A stretch of DNA of 64,000 nucleotides from Phoronis australis (GCA_002633005.1 NMRA01000281.1:496527-560526), one strand, 5' to 3'. Shown: positions 26,301 through 38,428, counted from the stretch's first letter. Notes: generated by a model from the sequence alone, not told the origin. A program made the numbers and translations.

Positions 26301-29300
26301 AAATTTTATAACAATTAGCAGTTGTTTTTTGGACAAATGGTGGTTTTATAGCAGCTTTACATGGTAATTTCACACATTAACTTTTATCAATGTGAAGAAC
26401 ATGTATTTGTATTCTTTTACAACAGTAACTTTGAATAACAATGTGGTCGTGTAGTGTCTATATGCTTGCACTTAATATTAACTATTCTGTCTAGCTGACC
26501 AGATATTGCAGTAACACTCGTCTGTTTGTTAGACTTGCAATGTTCAGTGTTTTCCACAATACGCTTAATTGTATATACTGTGTCTCACTCTTACTCTTAA
26601 CACCGGGGTCGGGCGAATCATGTTCAATGCCTGTCTAGAGCTTGCTTCGTAGACGACTGACCAAGCGCCGTGCCTGTCGGACGCAATGCCTGCACTATCT
26701 TTGTCTCTCGGTCACTTTTTTAGTGGAGACCATCCAGTCTAATGCTCGCCTGTTTAATGATGGTGACAACACGCAGAGCCCTCTAGCCCGTCGCGAGAGT
26801 AGCACAAGTATTATGAGTCAGATGAGCGGGCTAGACCTCCCCGTCCCAACGCTAGCCGCAGGTTTGTACCACGAATGCCAAGCCTCTCTCTCTGGTACTA
26901 ATGAGGACGCCGCTATACCTTGTAATGTCTTGTCCGGCTTTCTGTCATTCTTTTTTATCTCCAGTGATGTCTGCTATGTTGCTTGATTTATTTGCTATCA
27001 GCCTCTGCTATCTTCCTCTTGGTTGAAATCGGTTCTTTTAAAACAAGTTGGAAACGGCATTATTTTGTAACACTGTAAATGCGCGCATTGCATCTAAGAA
27101 GCGAATGTTTTGATTTACATACCACAAAATTGTTCTCAGCTTGTCCCTTGCTCGGATGCAAAGTGATTCCTTGGTTTACTAAGAACTGGCAGTTCATTAC
27201 TCCTTGAGATCAAGCTCAGCTCATAAAATGTCACATTGTGACAGTTGGCCAACTTGTAGAGCTTGGAGTCAAAGCTCTGAAATCACCTAAAGTTTGACTA
27301 CATAAAAATTTTGAGACCAACTTCATACAAGTAAATGGTCTAAATGAAACTTTGTTTATTTGTGATGGAAAACAGATTTATGGCCGCTCTAATAAACTTT
27401 TCCAACTGGCGACTCTCAGATCTTGCATCAGGTGTCAGTTTATACAAGATCCGACAGCCACCAATTGGAGAGACTGCCTCTTAAGCATAAATAAAATGTG
27501 TTTTCAACAAATTGCTTTGGGCATAAGTTTTTAAATTGGGAACTTGATGTCTTGTGCCCAAAATCTGAAGGAATGGAAACAGATTTTGTTCAGATACTCC
27601 GAGCAACAATATTACTTGTATGTTGTTTAGGTGGTTGATGCAGTTTTGCGCCAAAAAGTTGCTAGCAACCTTTCACAATAGTCATCTGTTTACATGCGTT
27701 TGAAACATACACTTTATGGAGGGACCAGAGGAGGCTTGTTGCTTTCACTTATGTTTTGGCATTATGATAAAAATAATGATGCAAAAACACAAAATTCAGC
27801 AATTTTAAATGCCTTTTCACATCTTTTAAGTGTGCGACGAAACATTATGCAGCTGGTGAATGTGGCTGTGGTTCTTAAATGGGGGACATTTTGTCACCGT
27901 TATATTTGTTAATGTAGCAACTAAGCTCGACACATAAGTAAAAAAATATAATAAAAGAAATCTATTTTTGTTTTCACCATGAAAAATAACACTTTCGTAT
28001 ACCTTTTGGGAAGAGGGTCAGAAACAGGTTTTTAAACTTTGCAAGGCAATATTGAAAATGATCTTGCAATGTTGAGAATGATCCTGCAATATTGAGAATG
28101 ATCCTGCAATGTTGAGAATGATCCTGCAATGTTGAGAATGATCCTTTATGTTGAAACTGTGCACAACATGATGGCTTTGTTTGGTAGGAACTAACATTGT
28201 GTGCTGTTTTTAATCTTAAACATTTTCTTTGTTTTGCCTAGTTTCAGTTTTAGTGTATAGGCAGTTGTTAGGAGAAACTAATAACACTTGGATCCCTCCC
28301 GTGGATGTAGAGAGAATTGTAACACTCACCAATAATTCGTTTTGATTACTTGTTGTGGCTGTCAGCCTGCACTTCATTGTGTTGCAGTTTTGTAACTTTT
28401 TGTTCACAATTCAGAGCTTCTGTCACCCTTGCATATTTTGCAGTCACATGCTCTTTATTTCTCCTTATTTAACATTTTACAGAGAATATTATTCGTTTAC
28501 ATTTGATGTGTTGTACTTTTGTCTCACATTTATTTAACATTCACTTTTCTTTTAAAAGACAGCTGACGGCATGCTTACTTATGCATTTGGTTTGTTGACA
28601 TGAAAATGATTCTGAAACCTTTGTCGTAGTTAATGTCATTTGATAATTAATGCATTGTTTTGTGAATAGTGATTCAGGTTAAATTCAAAATTTAACTCCT
28701 CGGTTTTGTTCATTCTCTGTATTGATGCAATCATTGTTAACCTTTTGCATTTAATTACTCCATGTTTTTATAATACATTGTGTTTTACATTGAAATTTCA
28801 TTTTACCTCAGTCTGAATCATGCTGTGAATAGTTCTTCAAATCACTGGAGAGTAGACTTCAAAAACTATCAGGGCGAGTGTTGACCTTCAATTATCATTG
28901 AGGATCATGTCATGGTCAGCTCACAGATGTCGCCACTTTATGATAAAGAAACTGCACAGACTGGGAAGCACCCACTGGCACTTAGTACTTTTTGAATAGA
29001 TGTGTGTGTTTGAAATGGCATGGCAGTTTTAATATTCCGTTTAGTTTGAAAAATCCCCCGAGTTGTTTTATCTTCAGTAATTCAATGTATTTTGAAATGA
29101 ATAGAAACAGTGTCTGCATTTTATTTGATTGTATTGAACCTTCTTAAGCTCTTAGTATTGCATACAGCCATTCCTGTAAACAAAATTATTGCAGTATGAA
29201 TTAATCTGTAAATCTTGAATGGGCACGTAGGACTGCCCAGTACACATGTCGTGACTGTAAGAGGTTTTGCCAAACATCTCTGGTTGTCGTCAATTGCCTG

Positions 29301-32300
29301 CATTACGTATCACTTGTGTGCACATTCGTCCTTGTACTCACCTGGGGTCTATTTCATGAAGACTTTTAAGTAAAGCCACACACAGTTATTTCTGAAAAAT
29401 TATTAAATATTATTTGTGCAAAGTCCAAAGTCTCCGAGAATACTTATATACTAACTTCCTTAGGCTAGTTACTGAGAAAATTTTAATCCATAAATTCTTT
29501 CTAGGCTGTGATGCATTCATTAAACATTTTCCAGCAATTTTGAAGTAGTGCGTTTATTTCGTGACCTTTAAAATGCAAATTTAAAAATACAGTATTGAAT
29601 TAGTAAAGGCCCTGTGAAGGACTGTACAGCCTGCTGACCCCAAGGCCAAGCGAGAACATAATAAAATATAATTTCTGTTTTGAGTCTCAAGTCACTTGAT
29701 TCATGAAACAGACATCAGCTCCCCCTGCTGTTAGTCACTGAGGTTCCTGGGTAATGCACCTCGTGTTGTCGTATCATTTCAGTTGAACATTGTTCACTCT
29801 CCGTTGCAGTGATCAACAAATGGTGGGGTATGAAGCGGGTCGACTACGCGCTCTATACGCCGGAGGCACTCAACTCTTTCCCGCTCAATTCCTTGCCTGA
29901 CTTGTTCCACGCTCGCTATTGGGAGTCACAAGATGTGGTCGCGTTCATACTGCGCCAGGTGAAATGATTTGTGAACTGATGGACATGTCAACTGCATATT
30001 AATCTGATGTTTTAGACCAAAAGTTGTGAATTGCTTTGTGATGTTTATTTCTTTGAAAATAGAAAATCAATGCTTTGTAATGTCAACATCAAAACCATAT
30101 ATTAATATGTAAGCCTTTTGTGGCTTATGTGTGCAATTTTAACTTTAAATTTAGAAGTCTAGAAATACTGAGTTTGCTATGAACCTACCTAACTTTCCAG
30201 CTTACAAAAATGATATACCACCTAACTTTATGCAAAAAGAAAAAAAAATCTTCAACTGAAGTGTGAAACGCACTTCAGTGGTAGTGATGCAGATGGTAGA
30301 GGATACTCTTGCTCTTAACTATTCCTGTTCACAAAACAATTCTTTGTAACAAATGTGAAATTTTGAATCCCATTTTAGCTTGTTCGGCACAACACTTTGA
30401 ACCTGAACTCAGACAGTGGTAAGAACGTTTCAATCTTTCAACCAACAAGGGCGCGTGAGAAGTGGATTCACAGGCGAACAGCACTCAAAGTGAGGGTACG
30501 TAGACAACTCAGTTTAAGACCAATTGCTCCATTCCATTTACTTCCACTATATTGAAACTGCATTTTGCCTTGTTGTGCTGGCTAAGAACGAACATCAAAT
30601 GGGCCTTGTACTGTCATAAAGTCAATTTCATAGTATTCCGTAGAGTGATGGGATCTCATTTCTGTTACCAAAAACGAGTATCAAATCCAAAGTTTATTGG
30701 GGTTGGCAAACCCTTAAGTTGTGAATTTGAAAATGGCGCGTGTATGCATTAGCTGTCGAGAAAGGGTTAGCGTATCCAAAAATTGCAAATTTGAAAATGG
30801 TGCATGACTGTATACATTGCCTGAGACTTGAGCTTGTTACTGAAATACAATCGTGTCACTGACCGATTTTATGAGAGTGAAAGGTCGAATACGAGTTTTG
30901 TTTTAGCCAACTAAGCAGGACGAAATGCAGCTTTAAGTGATTTGTGCACACAAAACTATAAAGGAGGTAGTTAGTAGGTTTTCTAACCCAACACCAAGCT
31001 ATTTTCCTTCCTCATCCAATCCTTAGTAAGAAGGAAATCCCGTGATGTGCCATCTTGAACAGTTTCTCCAAAGAAAAATGTAGACTAATGTTGTGAGCTT
31101 GATATGTTTCTAACTTAATTGTAACACTTGTTCTTTGGACTGAATGAAGTCCATGAAGTTTGAATGGGAAATTTTTATTACCGCCATCGTCGTCTCTGTC
31201 TATGACTTTGAGGTTGAATAAACTGGGGAGAAATCGGAAAGTAGCTCAAACAAGACTAGCGTGTGGCTTAAAGTGGACAGGAGAAAATCTTTATTCTTAA
31301 AAGTTCAAACAACAAATTGAATACTTTTTTGAAAGAATGCCATGCTAATCAGTGACAATAAACTGCTCCTTCTACCATGTGTGTGTGATCGCTTGTGCGT
31401 TGGTACCCATTACCCTGAATGTTAAGCTGAGGTGCATAATATGTCTATATGCTAACACCCATTACCTTGAATGTTAAGCTGAGGTGCATAATATGTCTAT
31501 TTGCTAACACCCATTACCCTGAATGTTAAGCTGAGGTGCATAATATGTCTATATGCTAACACTCGACTACTTTTTTAACAAAAGAACAAGTTTAATGGCA
31601 TGCGAGGGAAGGATGGGTTATCCACAATAGTTTTTGACCACTTGTAATTGAATAAGTTTACATTCAATCACAAGTAAATTAATACAAAATACAAGAAACA
31701 ATTAGATGATTGAAAAATGACATGCATTTTGTTGAAAAGACATTCCTATGCAGTTGTAAGTTGTTTTTGGTTACATGTGCATAGTAGATTCAAAATGCCT
31801 TAGCAAAGAAATTTAATGCATTGAAAAAATGCAATGTTATCGTTTAGGATGCTATTTGTGTATCATAGTTTGGGCGCAGGGATCTAAATAAGCTTACATA
31901 CGGTGACATTTGTTTGTGCAGAGGATGGTAGACTTAGTGTTACCTATCTAGCACTTATTTCAGAATGTTGCGGCGAATCACCGAGCTAATGATGTACTTA
32001 TACTGGAGGACCAACCGCAAGTTCTTGGGGCCAAGTTTATGTACGGCCCATTTGACGTCGTCGCACTGTCCGGAGAGAAGGTACGCAATGTTGTACATTA
32101 CGAGAATAGTGAAGAATGACACACTAGTACCATCCCCTTATGTGGTGACCATAAGGATAGTAATTTTCTGTTCATGCTATCAAATTAACGGGGTTCAGTA
32201 ATGGCTTACCATATCGTGACTAAAACTCAATTGGCCAGTTGTCGAAGCCAACCCAGGACATGAAACACTGCTATGGGTGGTCATAGGCTTTATTACTACA

Positions 32301-35300
32301 CCCAAGTGGGTTAGCAGTGGTTTAGTCATGATCTCACTGCATGTAATGGAAGACCCGGTGTCTTTGCACCAATGTGAATTAGTGCAGTAATGTTTAGTTT
32401 ATAAAGTATGTTAAACTCTACCATGGAGTGTACACCATTGTCATTGAAGTGTCAGTATTACTTCTGGTTTGTTGTTGAGAGAGAGTGGTTTAGTTATGTG
32501 GTGATTATTGCATCGTTAGTGGTAAAGCATTGATCTGATTAAAATACAAAATGTTATGTTGTCGTAGTGACGCATGTATAAATTTTTAGTAGAAATTATG
32601 TTTAGTCTTATTTTTCAACTTTTAAACACCTGTCACCCATTGGTGTCACCATAAATTGTAATAATCACAGGTCACATGATGTGACCTACAAATGATGACG
32701 TTTAAGAGACTAGATATACCTACACTTACTTGACTTACTTCTAATGTCTGAATACATTTAAATTGGATGCGGCTCACTCAAGAAAAAATCTTTCGGTTGA
32801 CAGTCCTGTGAAAGCGTGTGTGTTTCATGGATTTGCGTCATTGATCGTTTTCCTGATCACAAAGCCTCCTTGTTTCCCTGCAGGTGGACGTCCACGTGAT
32901 GACACAGCCTCCTGCTGGCGAGTGGGAGTACTTCGACACGGTCTACACAGACAGTCACGGCCGAGTGACCTACACTATACCCAGTGAAAGGAGGCTGATA
33001 CAGGGCATGTACCCTGTCAAGATGGTGGTCAGGTAGTGCTATGGAGCTTGGCATGCATTCAGTGGTCAATTAGATTACTTTGACATACATTTTGTTGTCT
33101 TACATTTTGTTATTTCTTGATGTTGGATGGTTGAAAATATATTTCTTATTAGCCTAAACACTGTTTTCCCAGAAATTACTTGAAGCGGTTTAATACTCTC
33201 GGCTATTCCATTATCTCCAAATTCGTTGGGTGTATATGAACCATCATGACAAGACTCCTGACTGGGCTGTTGTGTAAAGAAAGCATTGTGTTATCACAGA
33301 CCATCGCTATTTCTGAAACAAAGAAGCTGACCATAAAATTAAACATATACTTAGTAGCTAGTGTTGTTCAAATCCCAAAGTTACTGGTTTGGGATCATTG
33401 TAGTTCAGTATGTTGTATCTGGGTGTGACTTACTTCTCTAGCCATGAGTGTAAGGCTGAACACAGTCCTATAAACTTGTTTACTGTGACCTCATTTTGAC
33501 GTTTTGCACCCCGTCAAATCAAATTAAATCATCAAAATTCCAAGTAATAATGATAATTAGGCCAGATTTTATGTAGCGCTTTAAATTGCTAAGCACTGTC
33601 TTTGAAAATGTTTGCCACGCAGGGCTGGGCTGGGCTGGGCTGGTCAATCAACCCTCCTCAGGAGCATACAATGGGTGCTACTACTGTCATGTTTTAGTGC
33701 TGAAATATGAGTAGGATGATGCATGCTACATTTTCACGTTGATGTTGGTTTATGTTGAAAATGATCGCAAATTGATCTGCTTGACAACATTTTAAAGACA
33801 TCATGGTGATACTGTTCATTATTTACACATCCAGTTGTTTTTCCAGGGGTGATCACACGTGTGTCGATTTCTTCCTGACTGTGCTGCCACCCCATACAGA
33901 GTCGGCCATCTTCAGTATTGACGGCTCATTCACAGCAAGCATGTCCATCATGGGTCGTGACCCCAAAGTACGAGCTGGAGCCGTTGACGTAGTGAGGTAC
34001 AAACAACCTGTGAAAGTCGACTTGAATTTTCAATTTGTAATTTCCTCCTTTTTCTTAAAGCTGCCATGAACGTCTCTTTTTAAAAAGAAATAATTTGGGT
34101 TAACTTATTGCTTAAGGACTGGTTTCCTCATCATCAAGAGACATTCACATTCTGACAGTTTGCTGCAACTGAGGTAGACACACCTACATTAGGTAAAACT
34201 GAGACTTAGTTTGCATGTTATATCCCTGATAAAGTTATGTAGGACCCTAGAAATATGTCCAAGTTTGGCCATCTTCTGAACATCATACCTAATGGCTAAT
34301 AAGAAACTTTCAGATACTCTGGTATTCAAATTGTTATTAAAATGTTCCGCTTTTTCATGAGGAGCTATCAAAATAAGACTTATGATTTTCATGAAAAAAA
34401 TAAGTCAGTGTATAAAAATCAAATAAAACAAAGTTGATCTAGAAAACTAGCAACTTTTTGGGACTTCATCTTGAACATATCAAATGAATTTGGTCGTGTT
34501 TTTATATGATTGTTTTGTTGTTAATGTACCTTCATTTTATTTGTGCTAGATTTTACTGAATAGACAGGCCTTCTGATTTCAGAAAATATACATANGTACG
34601 AGCTGGAGCCGTTGACGTAGTGAGGTACAAACAACCTGTGAAAGTCGACTTGAATTTTTAATTTGTTTTTCTTCCTTTTTCATAAAGCTGCCATGAACCT
34701 GTATTTTTAAGAAAATGATTTTGGCCTATTGCTTAAGGACTGATTTCCTCATCATCAAGAGACATTCACATTCTGACAGTTTGCTGCAACTGAGGTAGAC
34801 ACACCTACATTAGGTAAAACTGAGACTTAGTTTGCATGTTATATCCCTGATAAAGTTATGTAGGACCCTAGAAAAATGTCCAAGTTTGGCCATCTTCTGA
34901 ACATCATACCTAATGGCTAATAAGAAACTTTCAGATACTCTGGTATTCAAATTGTTATTAAAATGTTCCGCTTTTTCATGAGGAGCTATCAAAATAAGAC
35001 TTATGATTTTCATGAAAAAAATAAGTCAGTGTATAAAAATCAAATAAAACAAAGTTGATCTAGAAAACTAGCAACTTTTTGGGACTTCATCTTGAACATA
35101 TCAAATGAATTTGGTCGTGTTTTTATATGATTGTTTTGTTGTTAATGTACCTTCATTTTATTTGTGCTAGATTTTACTGAATAGACAGGCCTTCTGATTT
35201 CAGAAAATATACATACTTTTACTGAGTTAAAATCTAAGAGAACCACCATGGTTCAGGATTTCTCGCTGGGAGGGTGCAAAGTGTTACACTTGAAGTCATT

Positions 35301-38300
35301 CATCAAATCCCTTAAAATTTTGTGGTGTGATTTAATTTACTAAGTGATGATAGAGCCTAGAAGAAAATGTCAATTTCAAAAAACCTGTTTCTTTCATGTA
35401 ACATGTATCATTTTCAAAGCCTTTTCTCATTCCCTAGCTGCCTTTGTTCATAATCAGTTTTGGGATGAAGTTTTTCGAAATGTTGGAGAATTGATTGACC
35501 TTTTCACTGTTAACAAGGCAATGAGTCCCAGTGACCCAATTTGGTTTAATCCCAAAATTTCAATTGACAAGAAATACATATCTTATGATAGGTGGTATGC
35601 CAAGGGCATTATATATTTATTAGACTTTAATGGCAGTTTGATGTCTTATGACTACTTTTTTAATCGTTATGGGTTCTCTCTGCCTTACACGGTATTCATG
35701 ACCATGATTCAGGTGTGTCGTTTGTACATTCCTTAAAAATGAGGATTTGTCTAAAAATTACTCTTCATCACCGCCTTGAGTTTATAACCACTTTACTTTA
35801 TTCACGCAAATGAGAGAACAATATTTATGATAAGTTGGTTACTTCTTTAAACAAAAAAAACCCAAAAATTTCAAAGTAAATGGGAAGACTATATTCAAGC
35901 GAATGGTGGAAAAGTGTTAAATTCTTCATTCACTAGTGACACCAATCTCAAATGGCTTCAAATAAGACTTTTACACAGTAAAATACTCTGTAGTATCTGT
36001 GGCATAGTTAACTCACCGATTTGTATATTTTGTGGAAAAAAATCTGAGAATCTTTGTCATGTGTTTTTGGGAGTGTGAGGTGTTGCTTGTTTTTGATCGA
36101 AAGTGACCTTTTGGGTTACGGCAAAAACAGGGTTTGGTCTTAATTTAAGCTTGTGGGAAAATGGGAGACATACATGTAATCAATCTTAGGAAAACGACAG
36201 AGCTAGGTTGACATGCAGACCCCCTTTTTTGCAATGAAATTCTTGAATATTATAACGTAGAAAAGATCATTATACCTTAAGAACTTAAAATATGAGCAAT
36301 TTAGAAGTAGGTGGATCTCTGTAGAAGGGCTTTTTGTTATAATGTGATTATTCATTTGGCTATACACGATTCTAGTGTGAATGGGGTGTGAATGTTTTGT
36401 TATAAAGTATGGTTGATATGTATTCACAAAATGCATTACTTAACACGCATTACTTAAGGCATATTTTATATCTAATGCATCCACGATTATCACTTTGATT
36501 TCGGTATAAGTCTGTAATGTGAATCAATTAACATGTATGTTCCAAAAAAAATTAAAGTTTTGCAGATAACACTCTGAACAGAGTAGTCGTAACAAATTTC
36601 AACTATGCTAAAAATTTTTGAAGACCTCTTTTTCTCTAGACATTGTCACAAGTTGTCATCATCATCATCTAAGTATGTTTGACCTCATCTGCTCAAAACT
36701 TTGACCAGAGCTATAACAGTACTTCATTATATAGTAACATTTGACTTCTTTCCTTTGTGACATGAGCTGAATCAGCTCATTCATTATCTACGTCTTTACT
36801 TTTTTCTACTCAGACATTGGCAAGAACTGGATGACCTCGTTTATGTTTTGATAGCTGTTACATATAAATAAGCAATAAGAATTTAAAAACTTTTTCCCCT
36901 TTCAGACCTTGGCAACAACTTGATCGCTTCATTATCCGTGTCCTGGTACCCATTGCATCTTCAGTAACAATTTATAGAATTTTTTTTCATTTCAGGCATT
37001 GGCAAGAATTGGGCTACCTCATCATCTACATATCGGCGCGCCCTGACCTGCAACATAAGAAGGTGGTGGCATGGCTAGCCCAACACAACTTTCCGCATGG
37101 CATGGTCGCCTTCATGGATGGCATCTCGGCAGAGCCTCTTCGTCAAAAGGGGATCTATTTGCGCAACCTCAAGGATGGGGCGGGCATAGACATTCAGGCG
37201 GCTTATGGCTCCAACAAGGACATCACTGTGTACCAGTCTGTTGGGGTGACTGCTGACAAGATATTCATTGTTGGAAAGTCGTCGAAGAAGGTAGCCAGCC
37301 AGGCACAGGTGAGGGACGGTCTTGTGTTGCAAGTCTGATATTCATTGTTAGTGGTGAAAACAACACAGAAATCAATAAAACTGCAAATATTTCGGAATGC
37401 ATCTCCAGTCTCATGTTAGTCTTTTCATCGTTCTACATCACTCAAAGAATAGCTCTTGATCATTCAGCATTGCCCAGTGTTAAGAAATTATAAGATCTCA
37501 TGACTGACGATGAAAAATTGTATAAACCGTCAATTTGAAATTCTGATCAATCCGTTATGTCATATCATACCACTGGGTACTGCTAGTTTACATCATACTC
37601 CACGTGGTCTACACACTGGACTGTTTGTAGCTCACTGATTGTGTCTAGGGCTTGATTTGTCACTTCAATTTTGATCTATTTCAGTTTAAGATCTGCACTT
37701 TTGATACGACGTAATTGGTGCTGTATGGGGTATACTTTCTTTATAGTGCTTTTGAGTTTATAACTGAATGCACTAAGCAAAACTATCAAGTTCTTCATTT
37801 CTGGTTACATGACAGGTGTCGTTCCTTAGTCAGTGTACAACTGTACTGTACACGATTTCGCACATGGAATGACATCAGCTGCATTGAAACTGATCAAATG
37901 GCTGGAATACTGTACTAACTACGACAGGAACTATTAAAAATTATTTAGAAATCTACCAAATAAAGACCCAAAGTATAGCAATTAAATACAAGTCTCGCAG
38001 ATCTATATATAAAAGAACCGTACTAGGTCAACCACAAACAGGCTGTCAGTTACATTGTAGTCTAACACTACTTCATGTTAAATACATTTTGTGTTTTGCA
38101 GCTGCTGGTTGATGGTTACGCTGCTCATCTACACGACCTGAACTCTAGTGGCCGGTCACGGTCAGCCAAGGGCAACGCGCGTTTCTTTCTTCGTAAGAGT
38201 TGCTTTGGACTGCCCGGTCAACTCAAGTGGAAGAAGAAACAAACAAAACGGTGCATCTCTTCACCCGGCCCATCATGCGCAGAGTCACCCAGGGCAGGGC

Positions 38301-38428
38301 ACACGTCGTACCCCGCCATCGGGGTCAGTCAGGCGGGGAACACGATGGTGGATGCAGGGCAGTTGGGAGGGTCAGGGATGGCTGTGCGCTCTAGAGGAGC
38401 CAGTCCCAGGCTGAAGTTGAATAGGTAA
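2134..38428 (+). CDS. rdgB: Retinal degeneration B / PITPNM1-2 (Nir2/Nir3)-like membrane-associated PI transfer protein; 5'-partial gene span, 17 coding exons
   Basis: Spliced exons give PITP ([34 protein letters not shown]), FFAT-like (DLFYDAFE), DDHD ([35 protein letters not shown]) and LNS2 (FSIDGSF, HNFPHG) motifs; all introns GT-AG with matching phases. Confidence 0.95.
4063..6081 (+). repeat. Near-identical ~930-bp direct duplication (4063-4990 and ~5141-6081), first copy ending at a single n
   Basis: Same ORF-track peptide at 4816 and 5907; few SNPs/indels; n at 4991. Confidence 0.9.
6464..8149. mobile_element. Non-autonomous Tc1/mariner (Tc2/pogo-like) DNA transposon
   Basis: TA|CCGTAAACGTTCGGGT.AACGCCC ... 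GGGCGTTTACCCGAACGTTTACGG|TA terminal inverted repeats, TA target duplication, subterminal TGGGCGnTTAA arrays; no transposase ORF. Confidence 0.85.
10566..10985. mobile_element. MITE family A copy (related copies ~15545-15805, 18703-19069, ~52927-53165)
   Basis: Imperfect TIR GGCCGGGATCTAATCTTT...AAAGGTTAGATTCGGGCCC and internal CTCGAG/CTTGAG motifs shared among copies. Confidence 0.6.
12849..13184 (+). CDS. rdgB: rdgB exon b (PITP C-terminus and linker)
   Basis: ttcaaag|GG...TTAG|gtaga; [19 protein letters not shown]...RRSTL. Confidence 0.9.
14137..14247 (+). CDS. rdgB: rdgB exon c (acidic tract and FFAT core)
   Basis: atgcag|GG...TTTG|gtagg; [25 protein letters not shown]. Confidence 0.88.
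14671..14814 (+). CDS. rdgB: rdgB exon d
   Basis: ttccag|AA...AGCG|gtaaag; [22 protein letters not shown]...; phase 1-1. Confidence 0.82.
14970..15067 (+). repeat. 31-bp minisatellite x3
   Basis: AGTTTGTTGTTAC(G/A)TGAGAC(A/G)CTGCTCTACA. Confidence 0.9.
16282..16413 (+). CDS. rdgB: rdgB exon e
   Basis: ttacag|AT...GGAG|gttag; ends [12 protein letters not shown] (not in the ORF track). Confidence 0.88.
17300..17410 (-). mobile_element. tRNA-derived SINE head remnant
   Basis: Minus strand has TAGCTCAG (A-box-like) and GTTCGAATCC (B box); no complete cloverleaf. Confidence 0.4.
18417..18591 (+). CDS. rdgB: rdgB exon f
   Basis: ttccag|GA...CTAAG|gtttg; GSLLDAG...[18 protein letters not shown]... 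Confidence 0.9.
18703..19069. mobile_element. MITE family A copy
   Basis: CAGGACCTGAAATCCAATCT ... AGATTAGATTTCGGGGTCTG inverted ends. Confidence 0.6.
19735..19830 (+). repeat. Degenerate 13-bp tandem repeat abutting an rdgB acceptor
   Basis: About 7 copies of TGTTCATGCTCnn. Confidence 0.7.
19840..20032 (+). CDS. rdgB: rdgB exon g
   Basis: ttccag|T...CAA|gtaag; ISPF...PLAAIPLL...[13 protein letters not shown]. Confidence 0.9.
20269..20511. mobile_element. MITE family B copy
   Basis: Shares GGGCAAAAAGGTCCGCCT, AAAAGGTCC and CTGGGTGC..CATG with 61946-62186. Confidence 0.6.
20860..20970 (-). mobile_element. tRNA-derived SINE remnant
   Basis: Minus strand GTGACCTAGTG (A-box-like) ... GGGTTGAGTCCC (B-box-like). 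Confidence 0.33.
21660..22131 (+). CDS. rdgB: rdgB exon h (GDSLG motif; start of DDHD domain)
   Basis: ttttag|GTA...AACG|gtgag; [18 protein letters not shown]...[19 protein letters not shown]. Confidence 0.92.
23582..23752 (+). CDS. rdgB: rdgB exon i (DDHD domain)
   Basis: ctgcag|GT...CTAG|gtgag; [24 protein letters not shown]...[11 protein letters not shown]. Confidence 0.92.
25652..26356. mobile_element. Kolobok-like non-autonomous element
   Basis: TTAA|AGCTGCTATAACC ... GGTTTTATAGCAGCT|TTAC inverted ends. Confidence 0.55.
26724..26861 (+). CDS. rdgB: rdgB exon j
   Basis: ttttag|TG...GCAG|gtttg; [10 protein letters not shown]...[10 protein letters not shown]. Confidence 0.82.
28046..28145 (+). 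repeat. 20-bp minisatellite x5
   Basis: GCAAT(G/A)TTGAGAATGATCCT. Confidence 0.9.
29810..29958 (+). CDS. rdgB: rdgB exon k (end of DDHD domain)
   Basis: ttgcag|TG...CAG|gtgaa; [18 protein letters not shown]...[19 protein letters not shown]. Confidence 0.93.
30379..30495 (+). CDS. rdgB: rdgB exon l
   Basis: ttttag|CTT...AGG|gtacg; ...[14 protein letters not shown]. Confidence 0.9.
30556..30932. mobile_element. Kolobok-like MITE
   Basis: AACTGCATTTTGCCTTGTTGTGCTGGCTAAGAAC pairs with the reverse complement of GTTTTAGCCAACTAAGCAGGACGAAATGCAGCT|TTAA. Confidence 0.55.
31406..31561 (+). repeat. 52-bp minisatellite x3
   Basis: CCCATTACCCTGAATGTTAAGCTGAGGTGCATAATATGTCTATATGCTAACA. Confidence 0.92.
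31964..32080 (+). CDS. rdgB: rdgB exon m
   Basis: tttcag|AAT...AAG|gtacg; [11 protein letters not shown]...[16 protein letters not shown]. Confidence 0.92.
32884..33032 (+). CDS. rdgB: rdgB exon n
   Basis: ctgcag|GTG...AG|gtagt; [14 protein letters not shown]...GMYPVKMVV. Confidence 0.92.
33847..33996 (+). CDS. rdgB: rdgB exon o (start of LNS2 domain)
   Basis: ttccag|G...GAG|gtaca; GDHT...[28 protein letters not shown]. Confidence 0.93.
33968..35215 (+). repeat. Near-identical ~620-bp tandem duplication (33968-34594 and 34596-35215) joined by a single n
   Basis: ORF-track peptides at 34189 and 34810 differ by one residue; n at 34595. Confidence 0.9.
35240..36350 (+). mobile_element. 3' fragment of an L1/Tx1-type LINE ORF2 in an rdgB intron
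   Basis: [14 protein letters not shown]...[21 protein letters not shown] and a C..CG...E...HVF..C zinc-knuckle remnant (~36020-36080), with stops and frameshifts. Confidence 0.72.
36996..37308 (+). CDS. rdgB: rdgB exon p (LNS2 domain)
   Basis: tttcag|GCATTGG...CAG|gtgag; [17 protein letters not shown]...HNFPHG...AAYGSNKDI. Confidence 0.93.
38102..38428 (+). CDS. rdgB: rdgB terminal coding exon
   Basis: ttgcag|CTG; [10 protein letters not shown]...[10 protein letters not shown]...; TAA at 38426-38428. Confidence 0.85.
   Translation: MLVDGYAAHLHDLNSSGRSRSAKGNARFFLRKSCFGLPGQLKWKKKQTKRCISSPGPSCAESPRAGHTSYPAIGVSQAGNTMVDAGQLGGSGMAVRSRGASPRLKLNR

Noticed and set aside
28242-28345. Possible extra rdgB cassette exon after a pyrimidine tract with several AGs
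   Set aside because: No donor giving the required phase 1-1 exon before the frame stops
33621-33643. (GGGCT)4 potential G-quadruplex
   Set aside because: Short intronic microsatellite with no further support for function
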